Source: Lama glama | Taxonomy: Eukaryota | DNA length: 64,000 nt | Direction: 5' to 3' | NCBI GenBank assembly: GCA_028534125.1 | Contig: CM052837.1 | Coordinates: 37,138,001 to 37,202,000 of the forward strand | In this document: positions 32,170-56,200 of the stretch, one piece after another | Layout: every line of letters begins with the position of its first letter | How positions within the stretch are numbered: position 1 is the first letter of the stretch | Position numbers and translations under genes: made by a program | The notes under the pieces: generated by a model | What the model saw: the letters and a program-made list of their open reading frames with translations, nothing else | Databases searched by the model: none | Told to the model about the DNA's origin: nothing

Positions 32170-32880
32170 ATGAGACAGACGCCCGGCACAACAGGACGCC
32201 GGAGAGAGAGGAGGGTGCAGGCTCCTTTGGTCCGTTAACTTAAAAATCACAATATCCTCACGGAGGAAGGATGGAGGGTGAGAACACGAAGCCGAAATGG
32301 ACAGGTGGGAGGAGACACGGCAGGAAAACGGGAGCGGGTCAAGGAGGCAGGCTCAGTGCTCACGGGCTCAGCCTCGGCCGGGCTGTCGGATAAGGTGGGA
32401 GAAGCCCCCGGAGGCTCGGGGAAGGCTAAACATAGAAACGGAAGCCTTGCCTCCGAACAAGGGGCTCAGAGCAGACAGAAACAGTCGACGAAGGGGTCAG
32501 CACGTTGAAATGAGAGCTTTTCCAAGATCAGAGACTTAGAGAAATATTTAAGATCCCCGACTGAAGGGCTCAGAAAGCCAGGTGGGACCGGCTTTTAGAA
32601 CGAACCCTTAGAGTCACTGACGCGAAACGAGCGAAGTCAATGGGGAGATTCTTTAAAACCTTGTCCACAGAAGAGCAAGACCCTCGACGTCGGAGGACGG
32701 GAGGACATGACCCCAGTGTTGGGGGAAAGAGCTCAAATTTTACACCCGGCAGAACTGCTTCTGAAACGGACGCGGTGGGAATGGGATCTGAGGCCCCGGA
32801 AGTCTGAGAAGGCCAGTCACGCAGCATCCAGGATCCTCTTAGAAAGGAGGGGGGGTTTTCTGCAGAAAGGGGGAATGATG
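32170..32880 (+). mobile_element. Possible degenerate L1 (ORF1-region) fragment
   Basis: A-rich purine skew relative to flanks; weak motif resemblance only. Confidence 0.35.
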
Positions 32881-33559
32881 TGCAGTTCTCTGCAGGGCCG
32901 GGGCGGGGGCGGAGGCAGTGACGGGGGGCCCAGGCCAGAGCCTCTCCTGGGGTTCCTGAGGAGAGGCAGTGCTGAGCTGGGGGCAGCCCGGGACTGGCTA
33001 GTGGGGGTCATTCCAGGAGGCCTTGGGGTGCAGGGGCTGCTCCTCGCTGCCTGGCACCTGGCCCTGGGTGATCAGGACAGGAAATGCGGGCTTGGCATGA
33101 GAGTAAGGGAGTCTGGAAGGCCTCCCGGAGGTCGAGGCACCACAAGGAGCAGAAATGAAACATGGTCAACGCAGAGAAACGAGAAGGCCCACGGAGACCT
33201 GCGTGCAGCGGCTCGGGTCAGAGTGACCGGACAGAGGCCAGCACAGGCGACAGACAGACAGACAGACGTGGTTTAGATTATCCAGGACAGAACGCGGCAT
33301 GGCAGCCAAGGGTGACAGACAGCGTCTACGGATGGAGACAAGGTCGCGGTGGGTCTGCACCACACCGCGCCCAGGACCGGCAGGGCCACAGGGCTTCCAT
33401 TCACACCAGGGTCAGGGCCGGGCGGTGCCCACCTCTGGGGGGACGTCGGAGCACGGGGTGGCAGGGCTGCCAGCTCTGGGGGGCGGGGACCCAGGCGTCA
33501 AACTTAGTGAAACTCACTGATCTGAGGGCCTAAGACCAGGTAGTCTGTCATCAGTGAAT

Positions 33560-33565
33560 TTTATT
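33560..33565 (-). terminator. Candidate CHRNA4 polyadenylation signal AATAAA (~2.1 kb 3'UTR); a proximal ATTAAA lies at 35456-35461
   Basis: tttatt on + strand inside an AT-rich patch downstream of the CHRNA4 stop. Confidence 0.55.
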
Positions 33566-33751
33566 TACCTCAATCAAAAGACCCCTGGGAGCAAATATCC
33601 CAAAACAGTGCTCGTGGTTAATGTGGTGGGAATGTCAGTGCTCTGTGCGCTGGGGGGTTTTCTGACTTGTTTCTGTCTCTTAAAAAAAGAAAAATGAAAA
33701 CAAGAAAGGGGAAGTTCTGGGCTCCCAGTCTCTCCAGATCCAGAAGAGAGT

Positions 33752-33972
33752 ATCTGAGCTGGGCCCCCCCAAGGCCCCCCACAGCTGCCCCACGTCTGAG
33801 CTGGCCCCCCCAGCCCCCACCACAGCTGTCCCACATCTGAGCTGGCCCCCCCAGGCCCCCCCACAGCTGCCCCACATCTGGTGCTGGCTCCCCCCCAGGC
33901 CCCCCCACAGCTGTCCCACATCTGAGCTGGCCCCCCCAGGCACCCCCACAGCTGCCCCACATCTGGTGCTGG
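33752..33972. repeat. ~41-44-bp C-rich minisatellite, ~5.3 copies
   Basis: Unit atctgagctggcccccccaggccccccacagctgccccac. Confidence 0.92.
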
Positions 33973-35657
33973 ACCTGCTTACGTAAGCAGGATTGAGGTG
34001 CTTACATCTGGAATCTGCGTCCCAGCTGAGTCCTCGGGGGCCCAGTGTCCGGCTACTGCCCAGTCACTGGGTTCTGGTGAACTCCCCTCCTGGGCTGTCC
34101 CCAGCATCCTGTGACTGGGGCCCCAGATGGCCTCCAGGAGGCAGGTGCTGATCACAGCTCAACAGATGGGGCCAGTCCAGCCGTCACAGGCGATGGGGTG
34201 AGGACAGCAGCCCCCTAGCCCGTCTCCTCCAACCAGCATTGCCGTCTGGCTGGACCTCTGCAGCACCGTTCAGTTAGGCACTTGGTCTGTGCTGGGCTGA
34301 GCGTCACTCAATTATTCATTCAATTCTCCCAGGCACCTCGGGTCCCAGGCACCTTGGGACCCGGGCACTGTCTAGGCAGGAAGAACGAGGACCGCCAGGC
34401 TGGGCTCCAACCTGCCAGCCACACCTCTGACCGATGGGTCTGGAGAGGTGGGAGTTTGACCATCATAAGAGGAGTGATTCCTTGAGGGGCATGGAGTGGG
34501 GGCACTCTCTCCACCCAGATGTTGCTCCTGGGGGAGGGCCTGCACTTTCCTGCCCCACCGCTGCCTGGCACCTGGAGCCTGAAGGTTCCAAAGAATCGGG
34601 AGAGCAGGGGTGGGGCAGCACAGACCACCCCCACACCACCTCAGGGCCAGTGTTCTCCCAGGATCACAGGGGACGCTGTGGGTGCCCCCCGGTGCTCAGC
34701 CTGTGCTGTCCCTGGGAGGACAAGTCTGAGGCCAGGAGGCCTGTGGAGGGTACCCCCACTCCCAGGGACCACACTCCAGGGGGCTCCCAAGTCAGCCCAG
34801 GCAAGCTGTCCTCGGGGATCCCCAGGCTCCCCGTGGCCACTGTGTCAGGGAAGTCCTTCCTACTTCTGTGCCCAGAGGGGTCCCCGGGCTGTGAGCAGAG
34901 GGGAACCCATGGGAGGTACCAAGGGAGACCCAGTTCTGGACATGCCTCTGGGTCCCCCACAAGCTACCAGGGCCCACAGAGGATCTGGGGGCATCAGCAG
35001 GCCCCTGCAAAGTGTTTGCCTAAGACCCCCAGAACCCCTATAAGGCAGGTGTCTGGGCTCCAGGGGCCAAGGGTCCCTCACCCACGGGAGACCTGCCACC
35101 CAAATCCCTCCAAGTGGGACCAGGGCTAACGACTCCATTCCCCAAGGGCCCCTGGGCACAAAATCCGGGTTCTCACTAATTTACTCAGAACCAACCAAGA
35201 TCAAACCTGTGCTTGGACCCCCCCTGGAAAATGAGATTCGCATATTTGCTGATTTGTCTCTGGAGTCGGAAAGAGCAGGACCCAGCAGGACCCGGGTGGG
35301 AGGCAGCTAGGCCTGGCTCAGTGCCTGGGGCCTGGGGGCCAAGGGGGGCCACGGTCGTGGTCCCGGGACAGTCGGGGCTGCTGGGACGTTTGCTGAGGAC
35401 AGTCAGACGCAGGTCCTGGGCAGAAGGCCGTCGTGTTGCCATGCTCCGGGTAAGCTTTAATAAGACAAGCAGTGACACTGCCTTGCAGGCCCTTTCCCAC
35501 CTGGGGCAGGTCCCCCGGAGGCAGCTCCTTCCAAGACCGTCCCACAGGGGACCACACCTCAGGGAGTCCCACAGAGAGGCAGGCACAGCCCCAGTGAGCT
35601 GTCCGCAGACGCTGCCCGTGTCCTGCAGGTGCCTGGGCCACGCCCGGCCTCTGGCCC

Positions 35658-47294
<11,637 letters not shown>

Positions 47295-48589
47295 GGCGCA
47301 CGGAGCCGGCTCTACATGCGGACGGCTCCCGGCTACCTCGTGCCCCTGCGTGGGGCTCCCCGAGCTCCGTGCGCGCCCAACTTCATGTCCCCCGGGCCGC
47401 GCGGGCCGCTCCGTCCGCCGGGCCTGGCTCGGCCGCTCCTCCTGCCTGGCGCGGCGGCGGCTGCCCGGCCAGGAGCGAGGGGCTGTGGGCTCAGCGGCGC
47501 GGCCCCGCCCGGACCTGCCCGCCTCCAGCCGGCGAGGAGGAGGGGGAGGAGGGAAAGGAGGAGGGAGCAGGAGGGAGGGCGAGGACCGGAGGGGAGGAGG
47601 AGGGGGGACGGACCGCGAGCCGAGACGGGGCGCGGAGGCTGCGCTTGGCTCTCGCAGGGCAAAGTTTCCTTCGACCTCCCTAGGCTGGGGACGTGCCCGA
47701 GCCATGGGCGGGGACCACGTAATCACTGCGTGCTGCTGGGGGATCCCAGCGCGGAGTGGTTTGAGGATCCGGAGACACTGACCCCCGCCCCAGCCCCGCG
47801 CCCCGCCACCTTCCGGGAGGGAGGACGAACACCGAGGGACTCCGGGAGCGGGGCGGGGCTCCTGCAACGGTCTGGCTAACTTCGTCACCCCCACGCGGCT
47901 TTGCAATTTGGAAATTACCAGTCCCTCATGGTCTTCTCCAGCGAGGCCTTTAGGACAGAGCCCACCCGCTATCAGCCTGTTCCCGGCGAACCACCGGGAA
48001 GCGTCCAGGGGAGCCTAGGACCCGCGGCCCACCCTTCCTGGGCAAGGGAGGACCCTAACCCCCCCCCTCCCAGGGCGAAGCCGCCTCTTGCTGCCTCCGG
48101 GTCTGGCCTGGGCCAGGGTCCGCTGCCCCCACCTCTGCGCAGCCTGCGAGCCGGTGGGCTGCGCCAGCGTGAGCGCAGACCCCATCCCACGCGCGGTGGG
48201 CAGCGGCTGAGGGGCGGCCGCGGAAGGCCTCGGGCCCAGGTGACTGGAGGATAGACCCGCGGCGCCTCCGGACTAGTCTTGAACAGTATCAGCCGCGCGC
48301 GGTGCCCTGGCAGGGGCTCCGCCCTCAGGTGGGTCGAGGTAGCCGCTGACCGAGCAGCAGGTGCTCAGAGGAGGGGGCGGGAGGGGCAGCTTTGTGCGGA
48401 TGGAGCCACAGTCTGCGGTGCTCACAGGGCGCCACTCGGCGGGAACGTGGCACTTGCAACCATCCCTGCGCGCCTCCGGTGGGGAGCTCTGCAGGGGGAC
48501 CAAGCCCAAAAGGGAGACTTCGGGTCTGGAATGCGGGTAGAGAAGCAGGGGCTGGAGCCATCGCCTCCTCAGCAGCTTCCATCAGCGAT

Positions 48590-48858
48590 GCCCCTGCCCC
48601 TCCTTGTCTCCCCAGCTCCTGGCCCTCCCAGCTGGTCTCTCCCCATCTCCCCTGCCCCCCTCATCTCCCTTCACTCCACCTCTATTCCCCTCCCATCTCC
48701 CTTCTCCCCATCTCCCTCCCCCTCCCATCTCCCTTCCCCTCCCCATCTCCCTGCCCCCATCTCCTGCCTCTCCCCCATCTCCCTGCCCTCCCCATCTCCC
48801 TGCCTCCTTCTCCCTGCCCCCATCTCCCTGCCCTCCCCACCTCCCTGCCCCTCCTCCA
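48590..48858. repeat. Degenerate pyrimidine-rich repeat (ccccatctccctgc)n
   Basis: Visible C/T tract. Confidence 0.85.
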
Positions 48859-51800
48859 GTGCTCCTGCACTCTGGCCCCAGGTCTAGCTCATCACACCTC
48901 ACACACAATCGCTCTGAGGCCTCTAGGGCTCTCCTCACAGGAGCTCTCTGTCCACTCTTGGAGGTACCTACAAATAGAACTTTCAAAATGCTTGGTCCTG
49001 AGCAGTGCCCAGTCTCAACAGTGAAGGTGGGTCACTCCCTGTCCAAGTTGCTGGCCCAGGCCATTGAGCCACGTGGATGCAGCTCCCACAGCATCCCTGT
49101 GAGGTGGGCTCTTTTGTTACCCATGGGGCCCAATGAGGAAATGGACGGACAGAGGGGTTATGCCACCTGCCAAGGTGATGCATTTAGTACCGGGGTTCCA
49201 GCTGGGCCGTCTGGCCTCAGGGTCTGCACCCTGACCCCTCCAGACTGAGGGAGAGCATGTCCTGGCCTGTGCCTCTACAGATTTAACCTGGTGCCACTCT
49301 ACAGTCTGCCCTTTCCTGGAGCCAGGAGGCCTGCCCTGGGGAAGACCACTAGACCACAGGGCCCCAGCCCCTGGCCCTCTCTTGGACCACCCCACAGGCA
49401 CAGAGCCTGCTCTGGTCTGTGACCTACTTCTGCAGGCAGTCCCCCTCTCACTCCCTCCTTCTTTTCACCCCTACCCCGGTGCCAGATCCTGAGCTCCTCA
49501 CATTCTTAAGCCCTTTCCCTGAGCCAGATAAGTACCAGGAGCCAGAAGTCCTCTAAGCTGAAAAGTTGGACTGAACCATGAGCTGGTGAACAGGCCCTGC
49601 CCACGGCTCAGTGGGTGCAGGGGGGTGAGGAGGGCAACCCTGACCCCCGCGCCTCTCCTGGACCACTCCTCCCCACGCAGCAGGCAAAAGCCTGTCTTCC
49701 CCAGGGCCCTTGCCACATGAGGCTCAGAACCTGCCAAGGGCCCTGGCAGGGAAGGGACCAGGCAAGGGGGATGAGCCCTGGTGACTCCCTGAGGGGTTCT
49801 CTGTCTGTCGTGATGAGAGGGCCCCTGCTCTGCGCTGTCCCAGAGCAGGATGGCACCTGGCTTGCTGGTCGGCTGGATGGATTTGACGTTCTTCTCCTAG
49901 TGATAAAGGCCGATCACATTCCAGGTCCCATCTGGAGCTTCCTCCAAGGATCTCAGCGTCTCCGTGAAGCGGAGGTCAGCATTACCTTCTCTGGGGAGCT
50001 AGGAAGACGAGGTATGAACAGTTGTCACTGGCTGTGATAAGGCAATCCCATCACCCTGTGGCATTCTCCACACATTCCAAATGGGGATGCTCCCTCATAC
50101 CTCTGCCTCCAGGCTCATCTCTCGGGACTTGTTAAACCTGGGCCCTCCTGCCAATGTTAAAGGCTGGAGTAAGAGGAGAGAGGGGGCCAACCTGTGAAGG
50201 CTTCCTGGAGGAAGGGGCATACAGGAATTCAGCCCCGGGGGACTATGGATGTCCACTCATAGCCCTGCACAGGGAATCACCTGGGGAGTCTGCTTAAGTC
50301 CCAGACTTTGGCACCCCCACCTCAGGGACTATTCAGCCCCGGCCGAGGCCCCCCTCCACGCAAGCCCAAGGCAGGAGGCCTTAGACTGAGAGCTGAGTTG
50401 GCCCAAGGACTCATACAGAGGATCAGGCCAGGCCCCCAGTCCTGGCAGGGCTGGGACCCTGGGGTCCTGGCCTGGGCCGGGTGCTGGCATTTCCCTGGGA
50501 CAGTGTCTGAACAGGGCTCTCAGAAGGAGCCTGCACCCGCTCACAGGCCAGGTCCACCTGCCTCCCTTCCCTGCACTCTGGTCACAGTGACAGTCGAGAA
50601 GATGGCTCTCAACAGCTGTTCCCACAGGAGAGTTCAGCCAGAGAGCCCTGCCTCCCCGTGTCTCCTGGCGCTAGAGGCCAGGCTGGGGTTAGCACCGGCG
50701 CTGGAGGCTCCTGCGGACACAGCAGAGCACACGCTCACACACATCTGTCCTGACTTGTTTGGCCTTCCCTGCAGATTTGCTAATGCAGCAAGATTAATTA
50801 ATTTGCATGGTCGTCCCTCCCCACCTGCGCCCGGCTGAAGAATACTCTTTGCAGGAACCTAATAATCACTGTAGCCACTGAATTAGATTCTTACTCCAGG
50901 TCACTAAGCCCCTCCCTCCGGCTGCTCCGGAAACTGCTGCTTCAGAGGAAAGGAAAACCCCCAATTCACAAAGGAGACAAGCTTTAGGGGGCAGCCCCTC
51001 CATGTTCCCGTGCTGAGTCCTGGAGCCTTTGTGGCAGGGCTGATGTCCTCTGAGGAGACCTTGGGTGGGGGCCGAGGAGAGGTGGAACAGGCTCCTTGAA
51101 GACCCCTCCCCACACGGCCCCCAACCTGCCTCCCTCCCCCCACGCCCCCAACCCCGCCAATGCCAGGCCGCTGGCTGAAATGGAAATTCATCTCAGCAGG
51201 ACTGGCCTCCCTCTCCCTCGCTGCCCTCTCCACCCTCCACCCTGTCCCAAGGACATTTCCATGGTAACCAGTTGTCGGGATAACCGGGGATTTGAATCAA
51301 AGGTGGGAGCTTAGGCTGGGGTGGGGGCGTCAGGAGGCAGACCTGGAAGAGGCAGTAGGGTGGGCCTGGGAGGGGACCCGAGGGGGCTCCTCAGCACCAG
51401 GGCCCATTGGGGCTTCAGTGACCCACGTGAGCCCAGGAGCAGGGCTGTGAGCCCAGCCGGCCAGGCACAGGGGTCCTGCCTGTGCCCCTCCCACACGGCC
51501 ACCGAACCCCACACCCTCAGGCTGAGAGGCCCAGATGTTTGGGGCTGGCCCTGGGCCTTAGGCAGATGCTACCTAGGAGGGAGGAGTGACAGCCATGCTG
51601 GGTCAGCAAGGGCATGGACGGTGGGACCTGGGGAGGTTTCAGAGGCTGTCACTTCCTCCTCATCCTTTCCCATCATCCGTCAGGAATGGAGCTGGAGCGA
51701 ATTTAGTGCTGTTGCCTCCCTGGGCCTGGCAGGACCACCCTACCCTCCCTTGGGTCGGGGGTCATGCCCACCCCTGAAGCACCCCCTCAGCCGGTCCTGT

Positions 51801-52098
51801 GGTGGGACCCCCCACCCCATGCTCAGGGGACCCCGCCACCCCCGAGCCCCAGGCTGGCTCAGGCTGCCCTCTCTCTGGGGCTGTTAGGAAGATCCTGGAC
51901 TGGCCTTGGGATCGAATCCCTCAGCAGGAGTCCTGGTCCAGCACACACTACCAGTGAGGCCCCAAGGGAGAAGCACTGTGTCTAGTCCTCAGGTCACCCT
52001 GACCACTACATGGGAACAAGTATTGTCCTGGGCCAGAGGACTCCTGGGCCACCTACCCAGGCTGGCCCCCTCCCAGATCTCCCAGCGGCCTCCCTGCT

Positions 52099-52119
52099 CT
52101 CAGCACCACGGACAGCTCC
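52099..52119 (+). promoter_or_regulatory. RE1/NRSE (REST site) CTCAGCACCACGGACAGCTCC
   Basis: 19/21 match to TTCAGCACCACGGACAGCGCC. Confidence 0.85.
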
Positions 52120-53229
52120 CCTGCTCCACCACTCCAGCCTCCTGTGACCAAATGCCTTCCCTGGGCCTCTTGGGAGGAAGCCCATCTTTGAGTTCCTGTC
52201 TTTGCCCATTTCTTTTAGCAAAAGTTTTGAGAGCCACCAAGTGCAGGAGGAATGTGAGAACTGGGGCCATTTCTCCAAAGAGGACGTGTGCTGGTCGTTC
52301 CCCATTCGCAGATGCTTCCAGCCAGGCCCCTTATATAGATGTCCCTGCTGCCCGGCTGGCGGCCACAGAGATGCTGCGATGAGGGGTGGGTGGGGGAGAG
52401 GGTGGCTGCGAGGCCTCGCGATCTAAAAATCATCAAATGCTTTGCTTGCAGGGAGGGAGAGTGGACAGTAGCTCAGAGGAAGCAAAGAGCTGGCCCTCCC
52501 CAAGTCACTGGCAATTCATCCTCCAAGGTCTGGACTTAAGCCATGAACCGGAGCTGTGCTGTGCCAAGCTCAGGGCCTGCTGCCCCAGCAGCTTTCCTCC
52601 TGGCCAGCGTCCTTGACGTCCCACAGCCCTGGCCTCGAGGAATGTGCTGTCTACAGCCAGGGCTGCTCACAGGGGCCCTTCCTGCCAGGGCTGTGCAGGG
52701 CCCCCCAACCTGGAGCCAGTCTGGCTGGGGCTCAGCCCTGCTCCCCGAACGTCAAGAGCACCCAGCCACAGCGGGGCTTTGTCCTCCGACACCAGGCAGC
52801 ACCTTTTTAGAAGGTATCGATCTGCCTCTGGCCGGCCTCCATTTTCACAGCTCCACGCGCCTCCGCCCCGCCCCCCACCTCTGCTCACCAGTTAATTATC
52901 TGTAAACACGCTCCTGAGGAGGGCAAAACGCTCTGCAGGGTGAGGAAGCGGCTGGGGAGGTGAGCTCCCTGGCCCTCGAGTCTGTTCCCAGGTCTTCCTT
53001 CCACTGGCCCAGCCAGCACGTGGGCGCCTAGGTGGCCCTGCCAGCAGCACCTCTCTGAGCCTCCATTTCCCTAGCTGTTACATGAGGTAGTAACTGTCCC
53101 AGGTCATGGGGTGGGTGTGTTGGGGGGCTGGCTGGTTTCTGGCATCTGCTGCTAAAATTACTCTCAATAACCTCTTGACAATAGCTTATCTCTCAGGGGA
53201 GGGTCCTGTGCCAAAAGCTGAGAGCTAGA

Positions 53230-53295
53230 AGAGGGGTCACAACTCAGGTGCCCAGAGTCCCAGAGGGGTCACAACTCAGGTGCCCAGAGTCCCAG
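53230..53295. repeat. Perfect 32-bp tandem duplication
   Basis: agaggggtcacaactcaggtgcccagagtccc x2. Confidence 0.9.
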
Positions 53296-56200
53296 TTCAG
53301 GGCCCCCAGGGCCAGGCCAGCTGCGGTGCAGACACAGGGCCTTCTCCTTGCCACCTGTGGGCCCTGCCACCTGCCCCAGGGCCTGCAGAGTGTCCCAGGG
53401 CATCCCTCCCGATTCGGGGACTGAGGACCCCCACACGGGGCTCCGCCCCCCGTGGCCTAACCCAGGACCAGAGCAGCAGGTCTCCGGACGCCTGCTGGCC
53501 CCTCTGGCAGCCGCCCCAGAGGCAGACGTTAGGCTGTTTGTGAAGAATTATGTCCGGACAGGCCTTGGGCACAGAAAAGCCCTTTGTCCCAGCCAGCTGG
53601 CCACCTGAGCCCTCCGGCCATCTGGAGGATCAATATGGCTCCAGCCTGGAAGACCAGAGGGTCAGCGTCCCTCAGAGGAGGGGTCAGAGAGGGAGGACAG
53701 GGCCATGCTGAGTCGCTCTTCTGTGGACGGAGGGCAGTACCAGTGGGGGACTTAGTGACCTTCCAAGGGGAATGCTGAGCCCTCCTGGAAAGTCCTCCTC
53801 TTTCTCCTTCACCTCTGAGTCACCTCACCCTCCCTCGGGGTCCCTGAACCTGACCCCTGCAGAGATGGGAGACCCTGCGGCCGGCCAGGCGCCCCTGAGC
53901 CAGTGCCAGTACCTTCCCAGGGCTCCTCCTGCAGGATGCGGCCGGGCCCCAAGCTGCTGCTCCTGTTTGGGTGCCCACACGTCTGGACAACCTGACGCTG
54001 GCAACCCCGACACCCTGGGACCCGCCCTCTGTGAGCACAGCAGTGCATGTGGGGAGGCTGGCCTGAAATCTCTGGTCGGGTGTCCGTCTCCCCCACCAGA
54101 TCTAGAGCCCCTCAAGGCAGGTGGCTGCAGGACATCCCGGAGGAGGCACTGGGCAGGCATCCAGGCTGTCCTGCTCAGACCACTCTTGGCCGCTGCCCAG
54201 GGACCTCCAGGGCATGGAGGAGCCCCTCCTGGGGGTGGAAATCAGCCCTTGTGCCTCAGAAACTGGCCCCACTGAGGGAGGAGCGAACAGGCTGAGTTCA
54301 CGCCTTCTGTGGCCCTGGACCTGGCCTGCTCTGCCCAGTTCCAGCCCCGTCTCTGTGGCCAGCTGTCCTGCCCAGGAGGGAACCCGGCAGGGAAGGCAGA
54401 ACCTGGACATCCAGCAGCCCGCCTGCATCCCGGGAAGGGGGCACTGCGACAGGCACTCCAGTCCCCAGGCCCAGGGCTGATTCCAGAGAGTGGAGGCTCC
54501 CTGAGCCAGCGGCTGGACGTTCAAATCAGCACCTTCCTGGGGAAGCGTGTGGGGCAGGCCCTCCTCAGGCGTGCTCGGTGTCCTCCACCCTGCGGGGGAG
54601 GCCGCTCCTGCACCATGGCCTGCAGCTCAGGAGCCTTCAGCAAACCAGGGCGCCGCTCCCCATGCTGGCTGGAGGACACCCATGGAGGAGGCTGCTGACC
54701 CTGTCCTCGTGGGACACCCAGGCGCTCGAGATGCACCTCTACCAGGTCCTGGAGGCTCTGCAGGACTCCAGGTCTCTGCCCTTACTGACCACCAGCTGGT
54801 TTAGACCCAGCACAGGTGCCTGTGCGGTCTGCCCTCCGCCCTGCGGGGGAAGGGAGGAGCGCTGCTCCTCCGGGCCTCTGAGCCCATCTCTTCAGGGCTG
54901 GGGAGGTGGGGAGAAAGGGGGCTCATTTGCAGTGTTGGGTGCTTATCAATTTACTGCATGTTCTAATGTCTGCTGTACCAGATCAATGGTGACCACATCC
55001 AGGGTGGCCCTATTACCCTGTCACTCCCACGAAGACACAGCTGGGGTCATTCGGCCAAGGAGGGGGCCGGACCGCCGGACCCCGAGTCCAAGGCCCTCCA
55101 CAGCGTCACAGCTCCTCGACACCCCTTTTCCCAGAATCCCATGTCCCTGTCAGTCAAGCCTCGTGCTGCCCCAGCTCACCGTCCTCCCAGGATGTGTCAG
55201 GGGCTGAATGCTCGGGAGGGCTCGGGGGACCCAGCTCTGCTTCCTGTTGACAAAGGCACGTCTGCAAATAGCTCCTTTCAGTTCCAAAGCCCAGGAGGCG
55301 GGAGCCAACACAGCAGCGTCAGCCCGGCCCCCGCTACCTGGGCAAGGCTGCAGGCTCATGAGTATTCGCAGCGGCTTCCCAGTTATCTCGAATTAAGCCA
55401 ACCCAGCTTGCCTTGCAGGCTCCAGTCCCTCCACTTTCTGCCCCCTCTCCGCGACCTTCCTTTTCCTCCCAGTCCCTCGAGACGTGGCGGGCGGGGGCTG
55501 CCTCAGCCTCACTCCCCGTGCCTGGGCAGGGCCAGTATCTGGGCTGTCCTGGTGCCAGCACCCCATTCCAGCTCATTCTCTCCAGCACTTGACACGTCCC
55601 TGGCCTGTTCTCAGGGAGGCCCTGGACCTTGTCCCAGTCCCGGGTGGAGATAATTACCCTGACGTCCGTTTGCAGAGTTTAAATACGTTTTCTCAGCATC
55701 GGAAACATAGATTTGGCTGTGGCGCTTTATGGGGGTAGGGGGTTGCATCCTTGTTTGGCCCAGCCCAACGGGACAGCGTCTCCACCACTGAGGGGCTCGG
55801 CGGCTCCTTCTACTCCAGCAACCAGCGCCGAGCGCGGCATGGACCTCACGTACCTGGGACCTGGTTCTCAGAATCTGCCCTGGGGGAGGGTCGCCCCTGC
55901 CCCCACGAGCCCTGTGCTGGCCCTTCCTGCTGCCATGCCTGCAGGCTCCTTCCAGGGGCAGGGGGCTGGGGCACCAGGAGGCAGGAGGGAGCCTGCCCTA
56001 GACTCCCCACCTGTGCGGAGGTGCTGCAGAGTGATGCAGGTTTGGAAGGTCTGAAAGGTTTGAAAGCCCCCGTCCTGACCTCACTCAGAGCAGCAGCATC
56101 CGTCTCTGTAAAAACAGCCTCACGGGCGCCGGAGCTGAGGTGAGCTGGCCACACAGCAGGAATGCAGGACCCTCAGAACAGGCTGCCATCTGGCCGCCAG

